From positions 1 through 64,000 of IMG/VR virus record IMGVR_UViG_3300036783_000204: a stretch of 64,000 nt of DNA; one strand, given 5' to 3'. Origin of the DNA: a virus. Lineage: Duplodnaviria > Caudoviricetes. The number at the start of each line of letters is the position of its first letter. The stretch's first letter is position 1. Below, piece after piece: positions 7,743 to 17,302 of this stretch. The translations under genes were made by a program, and so were the position numbers. Below the pieces are notes generated by a model that was not told where the DNA came from, did no database searches, and worked only from the letters and a program-made list of their open reading frames with translations.

Positions 7743-10267
7743 AAGATGCTTTCCAGGACGTCGTAGTCCTGGACGAGGTGTGCCCGCTCTTCGTGGGCCC
7801 ACTTCGCGAGGGTGATCACGACGAGGGGGCAGATGTCGGCGTCGGCGTTTTTCCGGGACCAGGCGATGGTGTCGGTCAGTTCGCGGATCTTCGCCCCGGC
7901 GACGGCCAGGTCCAAGGGCTGTTGACCGATGTGGCGCAGCTCGGCCTGTCGCACCGCGTCAATGATCTGTCCACATGCGCCGCTCATGTCGAGCCCGCCC
8001 ACGATGGCCAGGTCACCCGACCTCGGGTTGTCTTTGTTCTCCGGCACCGTCATGCCCAGCTTGTTCAGCTCGGTTTCCAGGCTCGCCGCGGTACCGCGCC
8101 CGAGGGCGATGGCGACCGGGTTGAGGGTGGTTTTCAGCTCCTCCAGGCGCTCTGGGAGCCACTCGGTTCCGGGCCGGTAGTCGATGAGCTGGACATGCCC
8201 GATCCCGTCGCTACGGAGGCCGTAGAGCCCGATGGCGGCATAGTCCCGCTTCGGGGAGATGTCGCATGCCAGGCTGATCGCCCCGTCCCGTCGGGATTCG
8301 GGGTCCAGCAGCTTCGCCCACTGCGCGACGTCGATGGCCCCGGCCCCGTGCCGCTGGCGAGGCCACACCCCGAGTCGTTCCCGGGCGAACTCTTCCGGCC
8401 CGAGGGAACGGCGCTCGCGGGCGATGGTTTCCTCGGTGATCCGGATGGACAGCGCCGGGTTGGTCGCCGCCCAGATCTCGCGGTCGTCCAGGTCGATCTT
8501 CTGGAGGTGTTCCAGATCCCCGGCGGCGCCCCAGTCCCGCCAACCCAGGGAGGTGTCACCGCCTTGCAGTGCGCGTGCCCGCAGGGCGTAGAGAACTCCT
8601 CCGCTGTCCCCGTCCAAGGGCGGGGAGGAGGTGTAGATGAGCTGAGGGTTCTTCCGCGCGCTCACGGTGGGCATCAGCGCCGCGTGCTGGCTCTGGGTGT
8701 AGGCAAAGGCTTCGTCGATCACGTTGAGATCGCCGCTGAAGCCACGACCCGACCCCTTGGAGCGGGCCAGAAATTTCAGCCGCTGGCCGGTCGCCCTGAT
8801 GGTGACGCCCTCTTCACCGTGGGTTCCGGCGATCTTCACCTCGGAGGCGTCGACGATCCCCGCCTCGATGAGGTTGTGGATCAAGGTACGGACGCGGATG
8901 AACGCTTCCATCGCGGTGTTGTGCGTCGGGATGAAGCCACTTCCCGCAAGGTAGGTCCCGGATTCGTGCGCCACCGTGATGCAGCGGGTAGGCCGGATCG
9001 GCACGCGCACTACAGAGACGATGGCGTTGTAGGCCGAGCGGCTCGTCTTCCGGCGGACGATGGCGTTCGTCTTGCGGGCCAGCCGGAAGGGGCTTCCGTC
9101 GCGGGGGGCGAATTGGGCACGGTGCATCGGTCCGGCGCCCTGACCGTTCAGCTTCGCTTCGTAGGTCCGCAGCGTGGCGCGGTAACCGAGAGAGCGAATG
9201 AGCGCGGTGACGTCCTCCATGAGGTCCCGCTTGACCATCGTGACCACGAGCTGGTGACCGCCGCAGACTCCGCCGTCGGTGTCCATGATTCCCGCGAGCA
9301 GTGCGGCCCGCTGTTCCCGTGAGGCCAGCAGGTACGCCTGCGGAATCCGCTTGTTGCCCAGCAACCCGAGGGCGCGCAGGCGCACGCGCAACCCGTAGAC
9401 GCCGACGTACCAGACGCGACCTTCAGTGCGCTTATCTGGGGCCACCGAACATTTCTCGCCCAGGGCATCGAGTTCATCGAGAACGTGGGTGAGATCCTCG
9501 GCCCCGACGGTCAGCCTGCCGCCACGAGCGTCGCCGTCGCCGAGCCATATCCCCAGCAAGTAGGGGTCGATCGGCAGGTCCGCTTCTGGATATTCGAGGG
9601 GCCGCGGGAGGGCCACGCGCCACCGGTAGAGGTGGCGGTCCCGGTTCTTGCTGGGGTAGGTGTGCACCAGGCCGGAGCGGAGTTCCTCCGTGGTGACCAC
9701 TCGATCCACGGTGGTGCCGGAGCGGAGGACTTCGGTGACCGGCCACAGGTGTTGTCCTCCAGCGACGAGGGACTGTCCGTCGGCGAAGGTCACGCGATAG
9801 CAGTCGCTGTCCCGAAGAACTGGGTGCGCGGCGAGGACCTTCGTCGGCTGCCCGTCGGGAGCGAAGACTTCGTCGCCGGTCTGGAGTTCGCCCATCGTGG
9901 TCCAGCCCCGGACCGTGAGGATCGGCGTAGTGAGGTCCAGGTCCTTGTACTCGTGAGCGCTCCACATGATCAGCTGCTCACGCAGCAGGAACAGCCCGGC
10001 GAGTACGCGCGCCTCAAGGATGCTGCCCTTGCCGTTCTGGCGGCTGACGATCTCGGCGACTTCCATGCAGGCCCATTGATCATCGGCCCGGCGAGCGAGC
10101 ATCAGCGACAGGGAGTCGCACTGCCACGGGTCAAGATCGAGACCGGCCAGTGCCGCCAGTCGGATAGCAACATCCCCGTCGGTACGTACATACGGGGGAG
10201 CCCACTCAACCCGCGGGCGAAGCCCGCCGTGCAGCGATGAGGGCAGCGAGGTCGACAATTCCCCCAC
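7739..10267 (-). CDS. terL: Terminase large subunit (intein-containing)
   Basis: VSRQNGKG Walker A, VIDEAF Walker B, TSSPP, EEFARERLGVW, ADICPLV; start estimated. Confidence 0.95.
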   Translation of the reverse strand: MGELSTSLPSSLHGGLRPRVEWAPPYVRTDGDVAIRLAALAGLDLDPWQCDSLSLMLARRADDQWACMEVAEIVSRQNGKGSILEARVLAGLFLLREQLIMWSAHEYKDLDLTTPILTVRGWTTMGELQTGDEVFAPDGQPTKVLAAHPVLRDSDCYRVTFADGQSLVAGGQHLWPVTEVLRSGTTVDRVVTTEELRSGLVHTYPSKNRDRHLYRWRVALPRPLEYPEADLPIDPYLLGIWLGDGDARGGRLTVGAEDLTHVLDELDALGEKCSVAPDKRTEGRVWYVGVYGLRVRLRALGLLGNKRIPQAYLLASREQRAALLAGIMDTDGGVCGGHQLVVTMVKRDLMEDVTALIRSLGYRATLRTYEAKLNGQGAGPMHRAQFAPRDGSPFRLARKTNAIVRRKTSRSAYNAIVSVVRVPIRPTRCITVAHESGTYLAGSGFIPTHNTAMEAFIRVRTLIHNLIEAGIVDASEVKIAGTHGEEGVTIRATGQRLKFLARSKGSGRGFSGDLNVIDEAFAYTQSQHAALMPTVSARKNPQLIYTSSPPLDGDSGGVLYALRARALQGGDTSLGWRDWGAAGDLEHLQKIDLDDREIWAATNPALSIRITEETIARERRSLGPEEFARERLGVWPRQRHGAGAIDVAQWAKLLDPESRRDGAISLACDISPKRDYAAIGLYGLRSDGIGHVQLIDYRPGTEWLPERLEELKTTLNPVAIALGRGTAASLETELNKLGMTVPENKDNPRSGDLAIVGGLDMSGACGQIIDAVRQAELRHIGQQPLDLAVAGAKIRELTDTIAWSRKNADADICPLVVITLAKWAHEERAHLVQDYDVLESIF
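8918..9943 (-). mobile_element. Class 3 intein with LAGLIDADG endonuclease, 342 aa
   Basis: Splits SAHEYK|TAMEAF; HLWPV, TRCITV, PTHN/T; PYLLGIWLGDG and LLAGIMDTDG. Confidence 0.93.
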
Positions 10268-10775
10268 CGCCGCTCTTCGCTGTTGAGGTCGGCTTTTCCA
10301 CGATGCCGGTCTTGACGAGTTCCGCCACCAGCCCCTTGAGGGCGGTCGCCTGTTCACGGGCCTCGGTGAGCAGGCGATCGACGACCACCAGGACCTCGGT
10401 TCCGTCGTCGTTTCGCGCGCGGAAGCGCAACCAGTCGCCGCCGTGTAGCTGGATGTCCAGCTGGTCGAGGCGGTCGACGATCCGGCAGGCCTCCAGCAGC
10501 AGCGGCACCTGAAGGGGCGAGAGGCGCTTCGAAGCCTCCGTCACCGCCTCGTACAGCTTCCGACCACTTCGGCCGAGCCCCAGCTCCCCTTCGCGGGCTT
10601 TCCGGCCTTCTGGGGCGGCCCCAGGAGGCTCCGGGGGCGTTTTTTCGGCCTCCAGGGCCTTCTCGACAGCCAAGACGGTGCATTTGTCCGGCAGACAGAG
10701 GCTGTGGTCGCCCTTACGGTGCCTGTAGTACTTTCGCTGGCTCGCCGCATGACTCGAACGGGGGTCACTAACCAT
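10206..10775 (-). CDS. terS: Terminase small subunit
   Basis: Overlaps TerL start; LLEACRIVDRLDQLD...EAREQATALKGL. Confidence 0.75.
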   Translation of the reverse strand: MVSDPRSSHAASQRKYYRHRKGDHSLCLPDKCTVLAVEKALEAEKTPPEPPGAAPEGRKAREGELGLGRSGRKLYEAVTEASKRLSPLQVPLLLEACRIVDRLDQLDIQLHGGDWLRFRARNDDGTEVLVVVDRLLTEAREQATALKGLVAELVKTGIVEKPTSTAKSGGGGIVDLAALIAARRASPAG

Positions 10776-10865
10776 GACGACTCACGCACCGTCCGTGATC
10801 TTCTCGGCGGGAAATGCGGGGACAGGCTGCGCGTGGTCGCATGATTTTTTCACTAAAAAGGGGGT

Positions 10866-10921
10866 GGTGATCAACTAACGGGGTCTCGGTGATCAACTAT
10901 CTGACTCTTGGTGATCAACCA
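10866..10921. repeat. Three 12-bp direct repeats with 22-bp period, putative cos/terminase-binding region
   Basis: ggtgatcaac(t/c)a at 10866, 10888, 10910, between HNH and terS. Confidence 0.75.
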
Positions 10922-11092
10922 ACATGGGGTACCCCTGGGGGGTGTGGGGGTGGTACCCCGGGTGGGTATGGGTCCTCCGGTGATCCACTTCTGTGGCGGG
11001 GGTGGTGTCGGTGGGTGGTGTCTGACAGTGGTGAGGGTGAGGGACTCTCTACCCACCACCCATCCCCCCTTGGGTGGGGTGGTGCCCGGGTG

Positions 11093-11452
11093 TCAGAGGG
11101 TGTCGGGGTCGAGGGCGATCAGCCCTCGACGGTGCCCGGGGTTGACCCACCCACAGGGGCGGCCGTCCGTGCAGGCGCATTGCTGGGCCCTGAGTGCCTG
11201 TATCCGGGCCGAGCGACGGACGTTGCATGTCAGGTGGGCTAGGCGCAGGTTGGCTCTGTCTGTGGGTGCACCACCGTGCCGTAGCTGCACTAGGTGATCC
11301 ACGGTGCGGGAGTGTGGATGGCCCCGGGGGATGGCCTGGTCTACGGGCTCCCCGCATACCCAGCAGTAGGACTCTTCGCGGTACACACGGGCGGACACGG
11401 TGCGCCAAGGGCGGCCGCATCTACCGGCATGGGAGAGTCCGTTACGGGACAC
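11093..11452 (-). CDS. HNH endonuclease (packaging-associated position)
   Basis: CWVCG...TVDH...GGAPTDRANLRLAHLTCN. Confidence 0.9.
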   Translation of the reverse strand: MSRNGLSHAGRCGRPWRTVSARVYREESYCWVCGEPVDQAIPRGHPHSRTVDHLVQLRHGGAPTDRANLRLAHLTCNVRRSARIQALRAQQCACTDGRPCGWVNPGHRRGLIALDPDTL

Positions 11453-11978
11453 TGCACATTCCCCCGACGCTGTGACCTGCGGGTTTACAAGTGATCAGTA
11501 ACGGGTGCGTAACGGACGCGCATGAGAGGCAACGCTTCCGGGCTGCCAGGCGACTACTCCCATGCAAGGCCGTGCACCGGGGTTCCACCCCCCGGGCACG
11601 GAGCGACTGGCCCCCCGGACACGCGGGTGGCGGGAAGGGTGCGCACCACTGGCACCCGGACTGCTGCCCAGGAGTGAACCGACCGGGTACGGCTACGCCA
11701 TAGCGAGAGTGAGCGGCCCACTTGGGCGCCGCAGTGACCTAGCACTGACATCCGTCACGACACCATGACGAGTCGACGTCTAGCCCGATGGTTGCCGACA
11801 ACCGGTATCCGGGGTCGAGGATCTTCCTCCCCCCACCGTGAGCACACGGGCTCCCGACACGAGTAGTGGAGTGCGCTAGGGACAACGGAATGGAGTGCGT
11901 AGCGCTTCACGGTGAGGCACGGGCCTAGGTCCCTGCCTTGTCCGTGTCCGCTACGGACACAGTAGGAAGGGAAAGCGA

Positions 11979-12158
11979 ATGACCAGCAAGACTGAGCCCT
12001 ACACGCTCACGATCACCGTGACGTTCCCGGACGGCATACCGGCCGGTAAGGACCCGATGGCACTGGCCAACGCGCTCGATCGCCGGATCACCCGGCAGAA
12101 AGTCGCCGGTCAGGCCGTGTCGGTCAGGTTCGACAAAGAGAACGGTGACCTCATCTAG
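11979..12158 (+). CDS. Hypothetical protein
   Basis: RBS ggaaggga, ATG; MTSKTEPYTL... Confidence 0.7.
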   Translation: MTSKTEPYTLTITVTFPDGIPAGKDPMALANALDRRITRQKVAGQAVSVRFDKENGDLI

Positions 12159-12219
12159 GTCCCCCATGGTGACCCGTACCGGTCCGGTACGGGTGTGAGT
12201 TCGAGTCTCACGGTGGACA
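12159..12219 (+). ncRNA. tRNA-like element 1 (acceptor stem plus T arm, no D arm)
   Basis: gtccccc/ggtggac, internal 9-bp hairpin, gtgag-TTCGAGT-ctcac, discriminator A. Confidence 0.6.
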
Positions 12220-12251
12220 CGCACACGGCACACGACGATAGGGAGCTTCAC

Positions 12252-12434
12252 ATGCGAGTTTTGTTGCAGTCCCTCGAATCCGAGCACGTTTTTCTGTCGG
12301 GCGGCTACCTGTCCGCCGGGCTCGTCGGGCACGAGAGCCCTTGGGTGATGGGTGTCGCCTATCTGGCAGTGGGCACCATGCACGCACACCACGTCGTGCG
12401 TTCGAGAAAGCGCAAGACCCCGTCTGAGGACTAG
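12252..12434 (+). CDS. Small hypothetical protein
   Basis: RBS gggag, ATG; stop abuts element 2. Confidence 0.55.
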   Translation: MRVLLQSLESEHVFLSGGYLSAGLVGHESPWVMGVAYLAVGTMHAHHVVRSRKRKTPSED

Positions 12435-12477
12435 TCCTGCATGGTGCGGCGCGCCGGTTCGACTCCGGCGCAGGACA
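12434..12477 (+). ncRNA. tRNA-like element 2 (minihelix)
   Basis: gtcctgc/gcaggac 7 bp plus gccgg-TTCGACT-ccggc, discriminator A. Confidence 0.7.
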
Positions 12478-12506
12478 CGCAAGGCACACGACGGAAGGGC
12501 ACACCC

Positions 12507-12872
12507 ATGGCAGTCACCCCGGAGCAGACGGACACGATTTTCCTTGGGTCCGGCGCGGACTCTTACTCCTGGTATTGGGACGCGACCGTGAGGACCGACG
12601 ACACCGGTTGGACGTTCACGTTCCGCGATGGCGCGGAAGACGAGGAACACCCGGAGCAGGGCAAGGCGTACACGCTCACCCACAAGGACGTCATGCGTGC
12701 GGCACGCAAGATCGTTGCGAAGGGCGGGCAGCAGACGGCCAAGGTCAGCGACGAGTGCGTCCGCGAGTGTCGGACGCTCGTTTTCAAGGATCCGGAAGAC
12801 TGCGACTTTGACGCTGACACCGCTGACCAGGTCCTGCAGGTGGCAGCGTTCGGCGCGGTCGTCTACGGCTAG
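12507..12872 (+). CDS. Phage hypothetical protein
   Basis: RBS ggaaggg; C-terminal DADTADQVLQVAAFGAVVYG. Confidence 0.8.
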   Translation: MAVTPEQTDTIFLGSGADSYSWYWDATVRTDDTGWTFTFRDGAEDEEHPEQGKAYTLTHKDVMRAARKIVAKGGQQTAKVSDECVRECRTLVFKDPEDCDFDADTADQVLQVAAFGAVVYG

Positions 12873-12966
12873 CCCCGCCCGTGACATCGGTGCCGTACGG
12901 GCCTCTCAGAGGTCCGTACGGACACCGTGACCGTGCGGTCAACGTGGAGGAAGGGAAGGGCAGAGG

Positions 12967-13056
12967 ATGACCGTCAGACTCAAGCTCATCAGTTGGGCGC
13001 TCGCCGTGTCCGCGCTAGTCGCCGGTGCGGGCGCGATTCAGTACGCACTGTTCTAG
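12967..13056 (+). CDS. 29-aa single-TM peptide
   Basis: MTVRLKLISWALAVSALVAGAGAIQYALF, strong RBS. Confidence 0.6.
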   Translation: MTVRLKLISWALAVSALVAGAGAIQYALF

Positions 13057-13129
13057 CCGCCATGGTGGCGCGCGGGTGAGACGCGCGCACTCCACGGGAG
13101 CTAGAGCCCCGGGAAGGAAGGGAACGAGC

Positions 13130-13363
13130 ATGAGTGAGACGGCAACGGTGTGGACCAACGGGGATGGGTACTACCGATGGTGGGAGTCCGCAGAGGACGG
13201 ACTCTTTCTGATCTTCGACACGTCCGCGCATATCAACGATGGCGTGCCGAACGTGACCCCGGATGAGGTCCGGGAGCACATTGCCGAGTGCCCGGAGTGC
13301 CAGGCGGCTGGTATCGAGGTCACCGACAACGGCGACGGCACGGCCACCGTCGAGAACCTCTGA
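13130..13363 (+). CDS. Hypothetical protein
   Basis: RBS, ATG; CPEC. Confidence 0.7.
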   Translation: MSETATVWTNGDGYYRWWESAEDGLFLIFDTSAHINDGVPNVTPDEVREHIAECPECQAAGIEVTDNGDGTATVENL

Positions 13364-13442
13364 TCTAACCGCTTTGGTGCGGACGCGTTGGGGGCGCGTG
13401 CGTGCCATGGGGGCTAGACCACCCAGGAAGGGAAAACGCATA

Positions 13443-13850
13443 GTGAAGATCACCAGACAGCCGGACGCGCCGGACGTGTTCGATGAACTCGCGTTCGCGG
13501 CTCTCATTCAGCCGGTGCGGGACTCGATTGTCTTCGGGGACGTCACGCTCACCGAAGACGACGTGACCGCGCAGCGGCTCACCCTGCCCGCCGGAATCGT
13601 CGCCGACGTCGGACACGGCGCCATCGTGGTCGAGATGCAACGGGACCGGATACCGGGTATCGGCCGTGAACTGGTCGCCACAGTTCGGACCGAGCGGGTG
13701 GGGGACGTCCTGCAGGGTGTCCCTTGGCCGCCGGACATCACCCCGGGGGCGGAGGTGACCGTGTCGTGTGGCCGTGACGGCGTCCGCCGGGTGACGGTTA
13801 CCGTGCCGCTACCCGAAGACGAACACGCCGACTGCTGCTATGGCCGCTAG
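13443..13850 (+). CDS. Hypothetical protein
   Basis: RBS ggaaggga, GTG. Confidence 0.65.
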   Translation: MKITRQPDAPDVFDELAFAALIQPVRDSIVFGDVTLTEDDVTAQRLTLPAGIVADVGHGAIVVEMQRDRIPGIGRELVATVRTERVGDVLQGVPWPPDITPGAEVTVSCGRDGVRRVTVTVPLPEDEHADCCYGR

Positions 13851-13927
13851 GGCTAACCGTTTCGGTGGACGCGTGTCGGGGCGCGCGTCCGCCGTGAGGG
13901 CTAGGCCAACTACGGAAGGGATCCACA

Positions 13928-14296
13928 ATGGACTTGAACGCGCTTATGGAGATGGACCACGTGATCCAGGTGCACGCGGACGGCGCGGTCACGGAACCGC
14001 GCGACGTGCGCGGCCCCGATGACGTCTACGTCGACACCGACGGGGACGGGCAGATCTCGGCGGCCGATGACAAAGACCTGATCACCCGCATGCGTGAGCA
14101 GGGGTGGGAGCTGATGAACGGCTACTCCGGGCAGCACGGCTACTCCGGGCCGATCATGCACGCGTCTGAGTACGTCGGGGGCAGGCTGGAAAGGGACATC
14201 CTCGCGGAGCCCGGTTACTACGTGGTCGCGTCCGTGGAGACGCTCGACGACTCAGAGGAACCGGCCGGATGGATCATCGCCCGCAAAGACGCCTAG
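13928..14296 (+). CDS. Acidic hypothetical protein
   Basis: RBS, ATG; YSGQHGYSGPIMHASEYVGG. Confidence 0.75.
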   Translation: MDLNALMEMDHVIQVHADGAVTEPRDVRGPDDVYVDTDGDGQISAADDKDLITRMREQGWELMNGYSGQHGYSGPIMHASEYVGGRLERDILAEPGYYVVASVETLDDSEEPAGWIIARKDA

Positions 14297-14366
14297 CCGT
14301 TTCGGTGACGCGCATGAGGGTGCGCGTTCGCCGTGGCTGCTAGGCCAACCACAGGAAGGGAAGACC

Positions 14367-14738
14367 ATGCCGACATACCGACTCACGATTGACGCTCACC
14401 GCAACCCGCCCGCCGGTTACGACGGTCCGGCGGAGGAATCGCGCACGTTCGTCAAGTACGTCAAGGCCGTCACTCCGGCCGTTGCTCGCCAGTCCATCGG
14501 GAACCGCCCGGTGACCGACGTGACGGACGGGGCATGGTTCGACGAATGGCGGATCACAGCGGCGCGCAAGGCGCCCGTGTTCGAAGTGGTCACGACGGAC
14601 ACTGCCGCGTGGCACTCGAACGGCATCACGGGAATCAACGTGCACTACTCGAAGCGTGTCGCGAACGCGCAGCTACGGACGTTTCGCGAGAAGTGCAAGC
14701 CGGGGCAAGGTGCCTTCCTGCGCACCGTGACCGAGTGA
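14367..14738 (+). CDS. Hypothetical protein
   Basis: RBS, ATG. Confidence 0.7.
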   Translation: MPTYRLTIDAHRNPPAGYDGPAEESRTFVKYVKAVTPAVARQSIGNRPVTDVTDGAWFDEWRITAARKAPVFEVVTTDTAAWHSNGITGINVHYSKRVANAQLRTFREKCKPGQGAFLRTVTE

Positions 14739-14818
14739 GCGCGTGCCATCGGTGATCGCCGTCCACTGCGGACGGCGGTTGCCGTGACCACACGGTCAAC
14801 CGAGAGGGAGTGACGACA

Positions 14819-15418
14819 ATGCGCACCACGACCACCGAACGGGCGCGGGAAATTGCAGGCGGCTACGCGACGTCCGCCGACCGTGATCGAGAGATGACCC
14901 GGTTTTCCTCGACGGGGCAAGCGGACGGATATGAGCTGCTCCAGTGCATCGAACGGGACGCGCGAGAGCTGCTCGAACACCCCGAGTACCCGCCGCAGGC
15001 ACGCGAGGAAATCCGTGCCGAGCTGGACTACCTCCGCACGTGGGTGCGTGAGGTTCACGGCCGGTATGCCGTGTGTGTCGACCGCGAAGTGTGGACGGAA
15101 GATGAGGAGTCGGACGGCGAGAGCACCGACACGGCCGATTACCTCATGTTCGAGACGCTGTCTGAGGTCGCTGACTACATGTTCAAGAATGGTGTAGACC
15201 ACGTCCGCGACGACGGACAGTGGACCGCGCGAACCATGGTGCAGTCCGCCCGTACGGAGTTCCACGGCACGACCATGCGCGACTATGTGGCCGTTCCGGT
15301 GCCGATGGCGGAACGCATCACCGTGACCCCGGAGTCCGGATTCAGCGACCGCGCGTGGTGCGCGGTGATCCTGTCCGTGAAGCTGAGGTTCGCCCGGGTG
15401 GGTGGCCGTCTTGGCTAG
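14819..15418 (+). CDS. Hypothetical protein
   Basis: RBS gaggga, ATG. Confidence 0.7.
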   Translation: MRTTTTERAREIAGGYATSADRDREMTRFSSTGQADGYELLQCIERDARELLEHPEYPPQAREEIRAELDYLRTWVREVHGRYAVCVDREVWTEDEESDGESTDTADYLMFETLSEVADYMFKNGVDHVRDDGQWTARTMVQSARTEFHGTTMRDYVAVPVPMAERITVTPESGFSDRAWCAVILSVKLRFARVGGRLG

Positions 15419-15671
15419 CCCGGAAACGGTTCACGTGTGGGCCGATGGGTTCGACCGATGGCACGCGCGGGTGAGCTTCCCAACGGGCTACACGGCGTCC
15501 CGTGTCGCCCGTGAGCGGCCCCGAATCCGGCGCAAGGCGCGACGTGCCATCCGGCGGCAACTGTCCCTTAGGGGCCAACTGGGCCCCGGGTGGGCATGCC
15601 GGGTAGTCCTGCGCGATGACGCGCGGGACCACTCCGGCGACACGCACTCGATCACGTACCGCGAACGGTGA
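15411..15671 (+). CDS. Basic hypothetical protein
   Basis: Overlaps upstream stop; VHVWADGFDRWHARV. Confidence 0.6.
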   Translation: MASPETVHVWADGFDRWHARVSFPTGYTASRVARERPRIRRKARRAIRRQLSLRGQLGPGWACRVVLRDDARDHSGDTHSITYRER

Positions 15672-15683
15672 GGTGAACACACA

Positions 15684-15863
15684 ATGCCCGTGTACAACGT
15701 CGTCGTGAAAGTTGTCGTGTTAGTTGACGCTAACAACGGCGAGGAAGCACAGCGAAAGGCCGATGAACACTGGGAGTCCCAAGGGGAATGCGTGTACCGG
15801 GACAAAGATGTCGCGCCGTTCGAGTCGGAACCCCTAGCCCCGGGCACCCCTGTTATCCGCTGA
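15684..15863 (+). CDS. Small hypothetical protein
   Basis: RBS gaggtg, ATG; MPVYNVVVKV. Confidence 0.6.
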   Translation: MPVYNVVVKVVVLVDANNGEEAQRKADEHWESQGECVYRDKDVAPFESEPLAPGTPVIR

Positions 15864-15946
15864 GCGTGCGCCATCCGTGGGTGAGCGTCCCTAGTGGACG
15901 CTCACGCGCGGTCAACGCATGGTCAAACCAAAGGAAGGAAACGAGA

Positions 15947-16492
15947 ATGACCACGACCACAGTTGCCCCGGCATTGGACACGGACGCGCTTGCCGCGTTG
16001 CGTGAGGCGGATAGCCTCACGTTCCACGTACACCAGGGGCGGGGGTTCATCCGCGCGTACCTCGACGCGCACCGGGACAACATTTACACGGCGCGAGAGC
16101 AAAGACTCTTCGCGACGCCCCAGGAGCACGGCGGGAGACGCCGGGAAATCCCGTGCGAGTACGGGGCAATGGGCTACAGGGTCCACGGTGAGACCGCGTG
16201 GACAGCCGCCGGTGCCCCTCACATGGCCGCGTACGCGTCGGTGACCTCATCCCGGTACGGCGACGGCACGTGGTCCACTACGGCGGCCGCTCTGCGCGTC
16301 GGCGACCGTCTCTATCTCTCGTGGGTGGCGGACAACAACACGGTAACCCTCGACACGTACGGGCTCCACGCGGACTACCTCACGCTCCGTGCGACACGCG
16401 GCGAGGCAGGGAAAGAGCGCGCACTCGCGTTCCATGTGGCGCACTCGGTTGCGCCGGACAACACGGCTCGCATGATCCGGCGGAACGGATGA
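15947..16492 (+). CDS. Hypothetical protein
   Basis: RBS aaggaagg, ATG. Confidence 0.7.
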   Translation: MTTTTVAPALDTDALAALREADSLTFHVHQGRGFIRAYLDAHRDNIYTAREQRLFATPQEHGGRRREIPCEYGAMGYRVHGETAWTAAGAPHMAAYASVTSSRYGDGTWSTTAAALRVGDRLYLSWVADNNTVTLDTYGLHADYLTLRATRGEAGKERALAFHVAHSVAPDNTARMIRRNG

Positions 16493-16740
16493 TCCCCCGG
16501 GAGGAGACGGCACCGGAAACGCGGCCTGTCGGCACGCTGGATCTGGAACCCGGCATGCGGCTACTCGTCGCGCGAGGCATTGTGCGCACGGTGGGAGCCG
16601 TAACGGATAGCGGGTACGTCGCGACGTCCGGACCGATCTTCAATGTGTGGTACGCGGGCCCGGTGCCGGATGACGGGTGGCCGGGCCCAGGCAACTCCGG
16701 CACACGTACATCCAAGTGGCGCGTAATCGTCGGCGACTGA
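16489..16740 (+). CDS. Hypothetical protein
   Basis: ATGA coupling. Confidence 0.6.
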   Translation: MIPREETAPETRPVGTLDLEPGMRLLVARGIVRTVGAVTDSGYVATSGPIFNVWYAGPVPDDGWPGPGNSGTRTSKWRVIVGD

Positions 16741-16822
16741 ACCGTGTGGTGTCGGCCGTGAACGTCCCGTGTGGACGTTCACCGGCCGTCTCCATACGAC
16801 TCAGACCTAGGAAGGTACGCGC

Positions 16823-17302
16823 ATGACAACTCAAAGACAGACCCGCAGACGTCGACCGATGTCGACGCACGTCGTGGTGTGGGGATCGTTCTTGGTGGCA
16901 CTGGCGGGATCGTTCGGGTTTCAGGTGGCCAGCACGGTCATTCGGAACGGGGTGGGCCCGTCCATCGCGGTGGCCTTCTTGTGGCCCCTGCTCAATCTCG
17001 GGGCCATCGAAATGATGATCGGGTCACACTGGCGACCGGGTCACGGGTGGACGGCCGCGCGGTACGGGCTCTCCGGGGCGGTGGCCGTGATCTCGTTCGT
17101 GATCTCGTTCGGGCACATTCAATCGGTCATGCTCGCGATGGGTGAGACGCCCGCTGCCGCGTTCGCGGGGCCGTTCGCCATCGATGTACTGATGTTGCTC
17201 GCGGGTGCGTCCCTGGTGGCGCTGAGGGCCCCTAAACCACGTGCACGGCCCCGGAAGGCCACCCCCCGGCGTAAACCCGCGCTTCGCGTGGCCACGGCGT
17301 AG
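16823..17302 (+). CDS. Four-TM membrane protein (DUF2637-like)
   Basis: Four hydrophobic segments; ISFGHI...PFAIDVLML. Confidence 0.7.
   Translation: MTTQRQTRRRRPMSTHVVVWGSFLVALAGSFGFQVASTVIRNGVGPSIAVAFLWPLLNLGAIEMMIGSHWRPGHGWTAARYGLSGAVAVISFVISFGHIQSVMLAMGETPAAAFAGPFAIDVLMLLAGASLVALRAPKPRARPRKATPRRKPALRVATA

Noticed and set aside
3925-9322. Long plus-strand ORFs (2895-4160, 3925-5586, 7778-9322)
   Set aside because: Antisense shadows of capsid, protease, portal and TerL, typical of high-GC DNA
11570-11601. Third tRNA-like minihelix (ccgtgc...cgggg-TTCCACC-ccccg...gcacgg)
   Set aside because: Loop departs from TTCRANY and the shared flanks are missing; kept only as a generic hairpin
11867-11899. 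tggagtgcg direct repeat before the early region
   Set aside because: Two 9-bp copies only; possibly an operator but unsupported
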